Position numbers and translations under genes: made by a program. This document shows positions 24,376 to 37,611 of a DNA stretch of 64,000 bases, piece by piece. Every line of letters starts with the position of its first letter. Within the stretch, counting starts at the first letter, position 1. Under the pieces are notes generated by a model that ran no database searches, was not told the DNA's origin, and saw only the letters and a list, made by a program, of their open reading frames with translations. The stretch comes from Macrostomum lignano (lineage: Eukaryota): positions 186,001 to 250,000 of the forward strand of contig NIVC01001678.1 of assembly GCA_002269645.1 (NCBI GenBank), given 5' to 3'.

Positions 24376-25537
24376 CTGGAACTGCAGATGGGCGTCAAAA
24401 ACCCCGGCGGCAAAAAAACTGCATGGCGCGAGAATCTTATAAAGTGGAGCACAGAAAATTGCAGGTCAATTTCATGTACCCGATTCTATCTCTACTTCCG
24501 TTGCGCATATATTTGTCGAATCTTGGTAATGGAAATTTTTCAGTACTTTTAATTACAAGCAGCTTTCAAAGTTTTTAAACATTCAATTTTATATTCCAAA
24601 ATCGAACTGTGATGGGGCTTTTAGGACAGACTTGGCCACTGCCTCCATAATCCCATCAATTCTATCTGCATTCTTCCCAAAGAAATCTGGGAAAAAAAGC
24701 GTCCACTTAGTTCGAGAATCCTCCAACAATATAATTTTACTCGCGGATTGCTTAATTCCCCAATAAATGACTTTTACAAAAATTTACATCGAAAAATTAG
24801 AATAAAAAAATTGCCAGCTGTTTCACAAGATTCCCACTATGAACGTCACGGGCCTCATTGCAAATCCAGAAAAAAAGAATTTCTTGGCCAAAATTCATAA
24901 GTTCCCGCGCAGGCAACGCATAGGTAAGTCTGGTACCGTGAGCTGAGCTGGTCTGTCCCCCGCATTCAGTGAGTCATCTGGAACAAAATCTTTGATTTTC
25001 CCGCAGCTCTCCAACGCATGCTAGAAAAAATCTGCAGCTCTGGGCTCATGCAGCTGCTGCAGTGCTCACTTCTCTCTGCCTGCACACACAGCTCCCCACA
25101 CACTCTTGTTGCAGCCCCCCAATAAACCTTGCAAACTTAATTCTGCTCCTATTTTCAGAATATTCTCAACGTCTGAGCATTTTATTTTGTCAGCACGAGA
25201 AAAAACCGGATCATAAACTAAATTGCGAAGCATCTGCTCAAGAAAAAGTGAGGCTGCCATAAAGCTGACTCAGCCGGAAAAAAGTCACTGTGTTTCCATT
25301 TTTTCTCTTGTGAGAAATCTCTTGCTATTTCTTTCTCTTTCTGTTTCCCTTCTCGCAAGCCAGTCTATAGTCGGTATGTAAGCTTCAGATGCACGCAAAG
25401 GTCAACAGAATCAAATGGGAAAACGTCTTGTCTATGGCTTAAAGTGGCCGAGAATTTGCTTTGGTCACGGAGGAAATTCCGTGCAACTTGAAGTCCCGTG
25501 TGTCTCGACCTCTTCATGCAAATGTCGTTTATAAGTT

Positions 25538-26884
<1,347 letters not shown>

Positions 26885-27109
26885 AGTTTGGATGTGCGAG
26901 AGCAGAGAAAGAAAAGATATTTGCTAGGAGTTAAGCAAGCAGTCAGTAAAAGTATTAAGTTGAAAGATTTTTTAGCTAAGTCAACCACCCTTTTCCGATT
27001 TCATTGGGAAAATACAGATAAAACTAACGGGAGTCAGTGAAAAATTCTGTCCTAAAAGGCCTCTCATAGCAACTGCTAGTATCGCATTGAGTATTTTGTA
27101 TCTTTTAGT

Positions 27110-28030
27110 TTGTGTCTTATTTATTAGTTTGAGTCTTGTATAGCAGTTTGTGTCTTATTTAGTAGTTTGTGTCCTATTCAGTAGTTTGTGTCTTATTTCA
27201 GTAGTTTGTGTCTTATTTTAGTAGTTTGTGTCTTCTTTAGTAGTTTGTGTCTCATTTAGTAGTTTATGTCTTATTTAGTAGTTTGTGTCTTATTTAGTAG
27301 TTTGTGTCTCATTTAGTAGTTTATGTCTTATTTAGTAGTTTGTGTCTTATTTAGTAGTTTGTGTCTCATTCAGTAGTTTTTGTCTTATTTTAGTAGTTTG
27401 TGTCTTATTTAGTAGTTTGTGTCTCATTTAGTAGTTTATGTCTTATTTAGTAGTTTGAGTCTTTTTTAGTAGTTTGTGTCTTATTTTAGTAGTTTGTGTC
27501 TTATTTAGTAGTTTGTGTCTCATTTAGTAGTTTGTGTCTTATTTAGTAGTATGTGTCTTCTTTAGTAGTTTGTGTCTTATTTAGTAGTTTGTGTCTCATT
27601 TAGTAGTTTATGTCTTATTTAGTAGTTTGTGTCTTATTTAGTAGTTTGTGTCTCATTCAGTAGTTTTTGTCTTATTTTAGTAGTTTGTGTCTTATTTAGT
27701 AGTTTGTGTCTCATTTAGTAGTTTATGTCTTATTTAGTAGTTTGAGTCTTTTTTAGTAGTTTGTGTCTTATTTTAGTAGTTTGTGTCTTATTTAGTAGTT
27801 TGTGTCTCATTTAGTAGTTTGTGTCTTATTTAGTAGTATGTGTCTTCTTTAGTAGTTTGTGTCTTATTTAGTAGTTTGTGTCTTATTTATTAGTTTGTAT
27901 CGTATTTAGTAGTTTGTGTCTTATATAGTAGTTTGTGTCTTATATAGTAGTTCGTGTCTTGTATAGTAGTTTGTGTCTTGTATAGTAGTTTGTGTCTTAT
28001 TTAGTAGTTTGTGTCTTATTTGTGTCTTTT
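27110..28030. repeat. 19/20-bp AT-rich minisatellite (TTATTTAGTAGTTTGTGTC)
   Basis: Direct periodicity, roughly 45 copies. Confidence 0.95.
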
Positions 28031-28032
28031 GT

Positions 28033-28259
28033 AGCAGTGGAAGAAGGAGAACCTCGTGAGTCTCACGAGACAGTCGCTGCAGATGCTGCTCGACTGTGTG
28101 GAGAAGAGCCGAGAGCAGGCCAGACAAACACCTGACACACCTGACCGATCTTGGGGTCGCATCATGAATCATTTCTTTCTCAGCGATGCGGCCATCTACC
28201 TCAAGGGTGCGGACAAGGAGAGAGTGGACCAGCATTTGGACAGGCGCGTCATGAGCACA
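28033..28259 (+). pseudogene. Duplicated internal fragment of cGLR exon 3 (copy of 20824-~21047)
   Basis: Near-identical QWKKENLVSLTRQSLQMLLDCVEKSREQ...ERVDQHLD peptide; truncated at both ends. Confidence 0.85.
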
Positions 28260-29194
28260 AATGTTCTCACAAGTACTACTAACAGTAAAGACTCAATTCG
28301 GCAGATGTTTTTTGCTATTTCACTATCGAGGTATCTGCTATCGATATGCGTAGGTTTTACTGCTGTCTACCCGGTGTTAAACATTGATTCCGGAGGCCTC
28401 AGACAGCTCCAGACGCATCTCATGAAGACTGACAAACCTCGAGTGAAGAGAATGCGAGCATAAAATTTTTATCGTTAATGCCTAGCATTTTGAGCACTCC
28501 TTGTGTGACTTTACAAATAGAGTCCGGCATCAAAGGAACAGCGAGTCCTTTAGGTCCTTTCCACCCTGACAATGGGACCACCAAGTATTTTCTTTGGAAA
28601 AGCTATCTTATGGTTTAAACTACGGCTCTGAATAAGTAAAAGTACGAGTTTTTGTTTAATAATTTTGAATGTACTTTACAGTATTTTCTTATTAGCCTGT
28701 TTTTCGTTTGATGTAGGCCGACAACACCGTAACACCGCAGCTCCCCAATTTACAGATTGGGGCGAGAAAGTTTTTTCGCAGCTGTGGTTTTATACATAGT
28801 ACTGTCAGTAACAAGCAAAGACTTGTAGGCAAACATGCGGACCATTGCAGCTGAAGCATTGTTCGGATGATTTGCGTTTTCACATCTTTAACTTATTCAC
28901 AGGGCCTGCAACCTAAATATACCCATGACTTATGAGTACAAAAGTTAAATTCTTCATATGGAAGAGAAGGGCAGGGAGAGCCAACTCAAAATTCCAAACT
29001 ATCCATTGCATTTCAGTTTTGTCAACGAAGAAAAAGTCAAACTTTTCTTTTGGTTATTTTAGTTTTTTTCTGCAAGCTGAAATTAAAGTTTTTCTAAAGC
29101 AACAACTATTGCGCGAAGAGATTTGCATTTGAAATGATTTTTTGTGATGACAGCAAGAATAATTTTATGTCATTCATCTGAGTAGAAACGATTG

Positions 29195-29549
29195 ACTGCA
29201 TGACTGAGTGCATGACTGAGTGCATGACTGAGTGCATGACTGAGTGCATGACTGAGTGCATGACTGAGTACATGACTGAGTGCAGAACTGACTGCATGAC
29301 TGAGTGCATGAATGAGTGCATGACTGAGTGCATGACTGAGTGCATGACTGACTGCATGGCTGACTGCATGGCTGAGTGCATGACTGAGTGCATGACTGAG
29401 TGCATGACTGAGTACATGACTGAGTGCAGAACTGACTGCATGACTGAGTGCATGAATGAGTGCATGATTGAGTGCATGACTGACTGCATGACTGACTGCA
29501 TGGCTGACTGCATGACTGAGTGCATGACTGAGTGCAGAACTGACTGCAT
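29195..29549. repeat. 12-bp repeat (TGCATGACTGAG)
   Basis: Direct periodicity. Confidence 0.95.
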
Positions 29550-29708
29550 TTCATTTCTGTCTCTCTTTTCCTCTTTCAATTCCCAATGCATTTTCTCTAC
29601 AAGTTTTAGGGTCTTTAACTCACTTAAAAAATAACACAGACATCACTGATGCAATCAAAGGGAAACTAGGAAGTGGGTTTTAATCAATTCTTATTCAAAA
29701 TTCTTTAG

Positions 29709-30263
29709 CAGGGAAGAGGAAAGGATAAAAAGGGAGAGGAAAGGATAGAAAGGGAGAGGAAAGGATAGAAAGGGAGAGGAAAGGATAGAAAGGGAGAGGA
29801 AAGGATAGAAAGGGAGAGGAAAGGATAGAAAGGGAGAGGAAAGGATAGAAAGGGAGAGGAAAGGATAGAAAGGGAGAGGAAAGGATAGAAAGGGAGAGGA
29901 AAGGATAGAAAGGGAGAGGAAAGGATAGAAAGGGAGAGGAAAGGATAGAAAGGGAGAGGAAAGGATAGAAAGGGAGAGGAAAGGATAGAAAGGGAGAGGA
30001 AAGGATAGAAAGGGAGAGGAAGGGATAGAAAGGGAGACGAAAGGATAGAAAGGGAGAGGAAAGGATAGAAAGGGAGAGGAAAGGATAGAAAGGGAGACGA
30101 AAGGATAGAAAGGGAGAGGAAGGGATAGAGAGGGAGAGCAAGGGATAGAGAGGGAGAGGAAGGGATAGAGAGGGAGAGCAAGGGATAGAGAGGGAGAGGA
30201 AGGGATAGAGAGGGAGAATAAGGGATAGAGAGGGAGAGGAAGGGATAGAGAGGGAGAATAAGG
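29709..30263. repeat. 20-bp purine-rich minisatellite (GGGAGAGGAAAGGATAGAAA), left part
   Basis: Direct periodicity; the same family resumes at 31343. Confidence 0.95.
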
Positions 30264-31342
30264 TGATGTGTTCCTTATTACCCGACTTTTGGTAATCAAG
30301 GAACACTCACTTCTAGCTCAGTAGCTAGGCAACCCAGTACGTCAACAGAAGGTATTCAATTACCTTGAGTCCTTAACTGAGAGCTCTCGTCAATACTCCT
30401 TATTCGTTGATCTCGTTATCAGTAGCGTTCCTGTCCTTCAGGAATTCCGGGCGCCGGTCAACAGTTGATCTGGTCCGCTCTTGCAATTGTCTCCTTGACT
30501 TCTTGCCGGCCGGTTATCTGTAGTTCGGACCAATCGGAAGCTTCCAAATTAACAATGGGTACCCTGCGCCAAACTGCGGTTTAATATAAGCCTACTCCTT
30601 CTAGTAGTGCCTCTATGCACTCTAGGTATGGCTCCGGAAACCACTGATAGTCTTCTAAGATCTATCAGGGGCAGTCCTTCTGGAGACTGCAACCAGTAGA
30701 GTCTAAACAGACTCAGGAGTCTCAACAGACTCACAAATAACCTCAAGTCACTCTTAGACTTGAGCGAGACGTCTCAACCAACAGGCGCAAATGAGTAAGG
30801 CTTACCACAAGAACTCGACCACGTCTTCGAGTTGCTTCAGGAAGTCTGCTGCAGAGCTTCCTCTTCGGAGCTTTCTCTCTCGGAGAATTGTGGCTCCGGG
30901 TCCGTTCCGGACCACTTGTATTTATAGGCAAATGGACCCCCATGAGGTCACGTGGGTCCAACTCTTCAACTGTCAAAAAGGTCACGGTTTGGTTGCTGTC
31001 AAACATGGCAGGGTAGAAAGTTACTCCATTGGTTTAGTGTAAAAGCGCGTGATTTGTCATCGCATTCGAGTTATTTTTAGTTACATTTGATTGGTTCACG
31101 TGCGTACGGTTGAATGATGCATCTTTCCTGGGGTTTGCGTTCGACAAGTACAGGTCACACGTGATTGGGTGATTTCTAAATTTAGCATGCTCAAGGTCTC
31201 TCTCTTTCTATTGGTTAGTCAGAATATACTTATAATTCAAAGCATACCTTTATTCATGCTCTTCAACTTACTACTGAATAAAATGTGTGAGTAGTACGTT
31301 AACACTTTTATGTCTTTTTTACGGGAGGTAGAACACTCTACA
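30264..31342 (-). mobile_element. Probable solo LTR (~1079 bp) inserted into the 20-bp satellite
   Basis: TG...CA termini, AAGG on both flanks (4-bp TSD, weak evidence inside a repeat), TATAAATA on the minus strand at 30919-30926; no coding capacity. Confidence 0.6.
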
Positions 31343-31902
31343 AAGGGATAGAGAGGGAGACGAAAGGATAGAAAGGGAGAGGAAGGGATAGAGAGGGAGA
31401 GGAAGGGATAGAGAGGGAGAGGAAGGGATAGAGAGGGAGAGGAAGGGATAGAGAGGGAGAGGAAGGGATAGAGAGGGAGAATAAGGGATAGAGAGGGAGA
31501 ATAAGGGATAGAGAGGGAGAATAAGGGATAGAGAGGGAGAGGAAGGGATAGAGAGGGAGAGGAAGGGATAGAGAGGGAGACGAAAGGATAGAAAGGGAGA
31601 GGAAGGGATAGAGAGGGAGAGGAAAGGATAGAGAGGGAGAGGAAGGGATAGAGAGGGAGACGAAAGGATAGAAAGGGAGAGGAAGGGATAGAGAGGGAGA
31701 GGAAAGGATAGAGAGGGAGAGGAAGGGATAGAGAGGGAGACGAAAGGATAGAAAGGGAGAGGAAGGGATAGAGAGGGAGAGGAAAGGATAGAAAGGGAGA
31801 CGAAAGGATAGAAAGGGAGAGGAAGGGATAGAGAGGGAGAGGAAGGGATAGAGAGGGAGAGGAAGGGATAGAGAGGGAGAGCAAGGGATAGAGAGGGAGA
31901 AC
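31343..31902. repeat. 20-bp purine-rich minisatellite, right part
   Basis: Direct periodicity. Confidence 0.95.
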
Positions 31903-31935
31903 AAGCTGTGATAACTTTGATAACTGAGGCAATAG

Positions 31936-32765
31936 TGTTGAATTGTAGGAGTGAGAAAAGTGCTCGCTTGAGAGCCTGGCTGACTTTATTTATTTTGTGT
32001 AGTAATGAGGTGGTTGGTGCAGAGAGATACCAGCGCGCATGGGGTGGTGTTGAGCAGAATTTACTAAGTCGGTAAATAACAATCGCACTGCTGGTGAGTC
32101 AACATAAACTATTACAAAGTGCATCGTGTCACTATGTCACATCTCCCACATTAGTTTGCGCCCTCACTGCAGCATCAATCTGTCAGGTGGTGCTCAAACT
32201 CGATTCGGGTAGCGCCGGGGTGTCTCGTTAGCAGATTCAGCCATGTCTGCCTGGTACCTCGCAGTCCTCGGCCGGGGTTATGCAGCTGTCCGATTCGGCC
32301 AATCCAGCGGGGGCGGTCAGCAGCTGCTCAGCGTGTCGCGCTTGTACGCCGCGTCCGGAATCGACTGTGCAGTTGCGAGTGCCGGCATTAAGGATGACAC
32401 CTTCGGCCCAGCGACTGCTTTCTCCCGCCGCACGAGCAGCAGTGCTGAAATCGCGGTAGAGCACGTAATCTCCAGGCTGGAACTGGCGCGCTGGCCGCTG
32501 CTGCTCAAGCTGATGCTGCTGTCGCTGTTGCATGGCCGAAGTCAACGATGGTGTAAGGAGGTCCAGCCGGCTGCGCAGCCGGCGGCCAATGAGCAGCTGA
32601 CTCGGCGCGGTGCCACTGACCCTGTGCGGAGCGTTGCGGTAGCCCATCAGCAGTCGTTGAAGTTGCTCGTCGGGGTGACCGCAATTACTCAGATGCCGCT
32701 TCAGCACCTGGACGAAGCGCTCGGCCTGGCCATGGTCGTTGGGTGGATGGCGCCGAAAAGATGTG
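31936..32765 (-). mobile_element. Ty3/gypsy 3' fragment: integrase C-terminal half (~32765-32237), polypurine tract and candidate 3' LTR (32141-31936)
   Basis: Peptide HPPNDHGQAERFVQVLKR...YRNAPHRVSGTAPSQLLIGRRLRSRLDLL...FQPGDYV; minus-strand GTGGGAGA followed by TGTGAC; candidate LTR ends in CA and contains AATAAA. Confidence 0.7.
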
Positions 32766-32850
32766 GCGGGTGCCGTTGGAACTGACGAACTCAGCAAACT
32801 CGGCTGAAGCAAATTGAGACAGTTGTTGATTGAGTTGAACGGCACCCAAA

Positions 32851-33350
32851 CCTCATTTATTTCTATTGGACGGTGGCAGCGCTGCCAATGGCAGTCAATT
32901 GTGACGCAAATGAGCAAAAATAGATAAATTCCAGCAAAATGCGGCGCTCTCCGCATTCCACAGCACCGATACCGAGCCGAAATGGAAGCTCTTTGGAGAA
33001 TCCTGACAGCGATTGCAGCAGTTCTGATGCAGGCCTTCGGCAGACCCACAGGCCAAAGCGAGGACCTTGATGGCACTGAGCAGGAGATCCTGAAAGCTAT
33101 TGTGTTCGAAAATGAAAAAAAATTCACAATACCTTCAGAATCCTTCTAACGCTGATAGGCTCTTCAGTATCAATGAGATAATATTGTCACCGCTTTACTT
33201 TGCATGTGAAATTGGAAAGCTTAAAATTGTCGAAACTTCAACGAAACGATGGCTGCTCACCTCTCTACATTACATCACATTTTGGCTTCCACGAAGCTGT
33301 GAGCTTACTCATCAAAGCACAAGCTGACGTCAATCTTCAACAAAACAGCG
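32851..33350 (+). pseudogene. Third, truncated ankyrin-exon copy (psi-V3)
   Basis: ATG at 32982 starts MEALWRILTAIAAVLMQAFGRPTGQSEDLDG; frameshift in the A-run at ~33115-33122, a ~29-bp deletion at ~33236, and truncation after about 2 repeats. Confidence 0.85.
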
Positions 33351-33918
33351 CTAACCCTAGCCTACTCAAACTATTTATTGCCTATGCGTTCTCAGTGAGA
33401 GTATAGAATACACTGCCTTGAATAATATTCAGTTTGGCGAGTTTGAGATGAGAGCCTCATACTACGACATACTACGACATACTACGACATACTACTGTTG
33501 TATTTTCTGCTCCCGTCCGTGCGGACCGCAGACGGGGTGATCAGGGGTTCGGGTACTGGACTGCCCAGAGCTTGCCGGGTGAGATAGGCGAGAGAGTGGC
33601 GACCCCCGAGGCGTACGGACACTTCGAGGTGGAGGTGGAGAGGCTGGGAGCGTACAGACACTCGGCCAGCCCCACGGAGAGAGGGAGATGCAGATGAGGA
33701 GGCTGTGAGCAGGTGGCCACTCAGCAGCAACAGCAGAGGTGAGTACGGGTCTGAAGGCGTACAGACACTTCACAGACCCGAAGGAAGACGGTGGCGGGAG
33801 AGGTGAATAATGAAGACGGGATAAATTGACGAAAGCGAACGCTGTCTTACCGGGCGGGGTCACTTGTCGCGCTCATGCAGGCGTGGCTTCTAATCTCTTG
33901 AAGAGTTGATTCGGGAGG

Positions 33919-35008
33919 TGATCAGTCTCCCGAAAACTCCCACTTCCAGACACTTAAGCCTGGGAACAAAATAAAGTGATCACTTACTTTTGCGGGCTCC
34001 TCTTCTGTGTAGTGCAGGTTCTCCGAGCTCGTTTCTTCTAATCTTCTTCTTCTCCGGAGGAATCTTCTTGAAGTCTCGAATCGGCCGAATGAGAGCGTGA
34101 CGATCAAATCAGGCGACGTCGCAGTATTTCTCGAATGCAAATCAATATAGGCCTTAAGCTCAGTAATCAATATCAACGATGCGCCCTTGTAATAAAATCA
34201 ACTTTCTGTAATAATCACGAGGACCTCCAAGAGGGGCGTCTTCTTCTAGATCTAACGGAATCGGAGTCGTGTGCTCCTATCGGTTAATCTAGGATAACCA
34301 AAATCAATCAATCGATAATCCTCTAAGGGTATCGGAATCGGTCCGCCGATCCTATCCAATCCCTTAGGAAAATGGGAGGCCTCAAATTCAATGAACTCAG
34401 TCCAAACGACTGGATAGTAGCGGCCGGCAATAAATCGCTCTCAAAATCAATAACAAAGGCTCGAGCAACGGCTCACCAATTGGTTTATCTCTCTCTCTCT
34501 CAGAGATGTAGCCTCGCTTAGCTGTTCCAGCAAGCTCCAAGATCTTTAGAGGCTGCTCCGAGTCCCAAGATCTTTTGAGGCTGCTCCGAGTCTGAGATAT
34601 TTAGCTCAGATTTTGGCTTGTATTTATAGGAAAAATTGTTGAGAAACAGCTTATTTTTAGTAGGTGACAGTTTCGCGCTTTGGAAATTTGACCCCTATGG
34701 AATACATTAGCTTTGAGCGCCGATACCATATTCGGAGTTCTAAATTTAAGTGTTGCAAAAGGTGGTCATTTGTTGCTTTCGTGGTCTTTAAAAATAGAGT
34801 GTGACAATTTGCAGTTTTTACAACATTCAAGTTTTTCGCATTTTTATGTTGCTACTTACAGTAGTCTGCTTGTAATGCCTCTGGAGATCTCTACACTCTC
34901 AGCTTCAGTTGACTGTATTTAAAGTTCAATCTTCTTCAATCAAAAACAATTAATCAAATTCTTCAATTCTTCAATCAATCAAAAACAGCTTTTGTGTTTA
35001 CTCAAACA
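33919..35008 (-). mobile_element. Possible second LTR-like segment related to 30264-31342 (boundaries uncertain)
   Basis: Shares CTTGTATTTATAGG (minus-strand TATA box) at 34618-34630 and a nearby GACCCC motif; no TSD found. Confidence 0.3.
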
Positions 35009-36574
35009 CGCGTAGAGCTAGAGTTGTAGAGAGAGAGCAGGGAGGGCGAGAGCCGGGCGAGGGCCGTGCGCGCACATAAATACTGGGTGAGCACTGAGCA
35101 GGGGACTGGGGTAGGCTTAGCCACGCAGGGCTGGGGGGTGGGGGCAAAACTCACAGAGTTGAAGGGCGAGAGGGAAGGCTAGCCAATCAGGTGCCTCCGC
35201 GGCGAGACACATGATTGGACTAACCCACGCGAGAGAGAGAGAGATGAAAATAAGCCAGCCAATGAAAATGTGGGCTGATGAAAATGAGAACAAAAAATGA
35301 ATAGCAGCTTTAGACGGAGGGGGCAAGCCAGAAAAAACCAGTGGCAGGGAGAGGAGGGGCGGAGAGCGCAGAGGTCGGGGCAAGGGCATTGCGAGGCGCA
35401 GCTCACAACACTACAACCTCATCATCCTCGTAATAATGGGGTCTTTAGAGGCCAGTGTGTTTGGCAGTCTTTCTGTCAGGTGAGCAGAAGAAAATAGGAA
35501 AATAAAAGCGGTGACAGACACAGCATGGCAGACGCCTATAATAAATTTGTGTAGGCAAGCATATCCAGAGCTACAAAATCATATGCAGCTCGTAGACCGA
35601 ACTGAAAATGATTTACGGGTATTTATTTACTTGGGTACGGCAAGCATTCTGACTGATTGATTGGTTGTTTAGTTAATTGCTGGCGCCCCTGGTGCTAAAG
35701 CCTCTTAAATAAAAGGGCACCCCTCCAAATAAACTGGCACCCAGAGTCTTTATTTGAAGACAAAATTTTTACAAAATTTTTCTTATTAAGTCTCTACCAT
35801 GCTACTGCTGAGTATTTGCTATCGAGTTTAATAAAAGTAGCTATTATTAAAGATGCTGGGATGAGGCAGTTGATGCGATTTAGACATTAAGAAATCATAA
35901 TTCATATTTATTAATCCACCGCAGACAAAAGGAAATTTAGACCGTCTCATGCGATGTGAAAATAAAACCACAGAGAAAGGCTCCACGCTTTGTCTTACCA
36001 AAACCGCATTCACACACAAAACACACACCGATCCGATGTTTTCTCCATCAGAGAGACTGGTTTCTCAAGTGGATATATTTATAAATCTGATACATCTCTA
36101 GCAAGCCCTTGGCTTGGTTCGGTTTTCTGTTGCTTCCGATCATTGATGATGCAAGAGAATCTCCGTGTGGGTTCGTTAAATGAGCGGCAATAGGCGATGG
36201 CAACGGGGCTCGAACCCATAGATCGAATGACAAAAACAAGTGGCTGCATGAGACCTGCTTAAGAGCGGGGCTTGGGGGGGGGCAATCCATGGGGCACGGA
36301 ATTGAAAGACCCTCGGATAAGAGGCCCCGCTTGTAAAAGTGTTGCGTCACTGAGCGATCGGGTGATCTCTGATTATTAACCCTGCTCAATGTCGCTCCAT
36401 GTAAGAACTCGAAATAATAGGATAACAAGGGGTGCCATTGGCGCATAAATAGGCCGTTTTATTCTTTTATTGTGCCCTCAATCTGTAATTGGCCTGATTG
36501 ATGGATTTTGTGCTGTGTGTAAGGGATTTCTTCTGGCTTCAGCAGATTCTTAGAAATCCTCAACTCCACCTCAT

Positions 36575-36945
36575 CCGCCCCTTGCTATCCACCCCCTTGC
36601 TATCCGCCCTCACTATCCGCCCCCTTACTATCCACCCCATCACTATCCGCCCCCTCACCATCCGCCTCCTCACCATCCGCCCTTCACTATCCGCCCCTCA
36701 CTATCCGCCCCTCACTATCCGCCCTTCACTATCCGCCCCTCACTATCCGCCCCTCACTATCCGCCCCTCACTATCCGCCCCTCACTATCCGCCCCTCCAC
36801 TATCCGCCCCTCACTATCCGCCCCTTCACAATCCGCCTCTTCATAATCCGCCCCCTCATCATCCGCCTCTTCACAATCCGCCCCTTCACCATCCGCCTCC
36901 TCACCATCCGCCCCCTCACTATCCGCCCTCACTATCCGCCCCTTC
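36575..36945. repeat. ~14-bp C-rich repeat (CCGCCCCTCACTAT)
   Basis: Direct periodicity. Confidence 0.9.
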
Positions 36946-37002
36946 ACCCAACCGTTCACAAACCTTGGTCCCATTCCCTCTCGCTCGCTTTACCTTCTTT
37001 TC

Positions 37003-37255
37003 TCACCCAGTCTCACCAAGTCTCACCCAGTCTCACCCAGTCTCACCTAATCTCACCCAGTCTCACCCAGTCTCACCCAGTCTCACCCAGTCTCACCCAG
37101 TCTCACCCAGTCTCACCCAGTCTCACCAAGTCTCACCCAGTCTCACCCAGTCTCACCCAGTCCCACCCAGTCTCACCCAGTCTCACCCAGTCTCACCCAG
37201 TCTCACCCAGTCTCACCCAGTCTCACCCAGTCCCACCCAGTCTCACTCAGTCTCA
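37003..37255. repeat. 10-bp repeat (TCTCACCCAG)
   Basis: Direct periodicity. Confidence 0.95.
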
Positions 37256-37611
37256 CTCTCTCTCTCTCACTCCCTGTCTCAATCTTTCTGAATTGGAAAT
37301 GGAAAATTCTCAGCAAATCTGCCAATTCATTCGAAGGCAAAGAGCGATTTGAGCCGGGGGGGCTCAACACAGCAAGCTCAATTATGCATTTTCTTCATTC
37401 AAGCCAGCTGCCACCACAAACAGCATCTGTTTAATCTCTCTAGATGAATAGACGCAAAGCCACACCTTCGGCTTAGCGCTTTCACTAGAGCGGGCCATTA
37501 GCCCCATCAAGGTGAAGCTGGAAAATCTAAAAGCACCTGCAGCCTCTCTCCTCATCACCGAATTTGCTTTTTTAAGGAAGCTTTTAGCAACCTCCGATAC
37601 GTTGGAAAAAA

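Noticed and set aside
23094-24578. ORFs of 400-490 aa on both strands
   Set aside because: Open in several frames because the repeat unit lacks stops; no unique coding sequence.
36192-36225. tRNA T-arm-like hairpin (minus strand ATGGG-TTCGAGC-CCCGT)
   Set aside because: No matching acceptor stem, D-arm or anticodon arm upstream.
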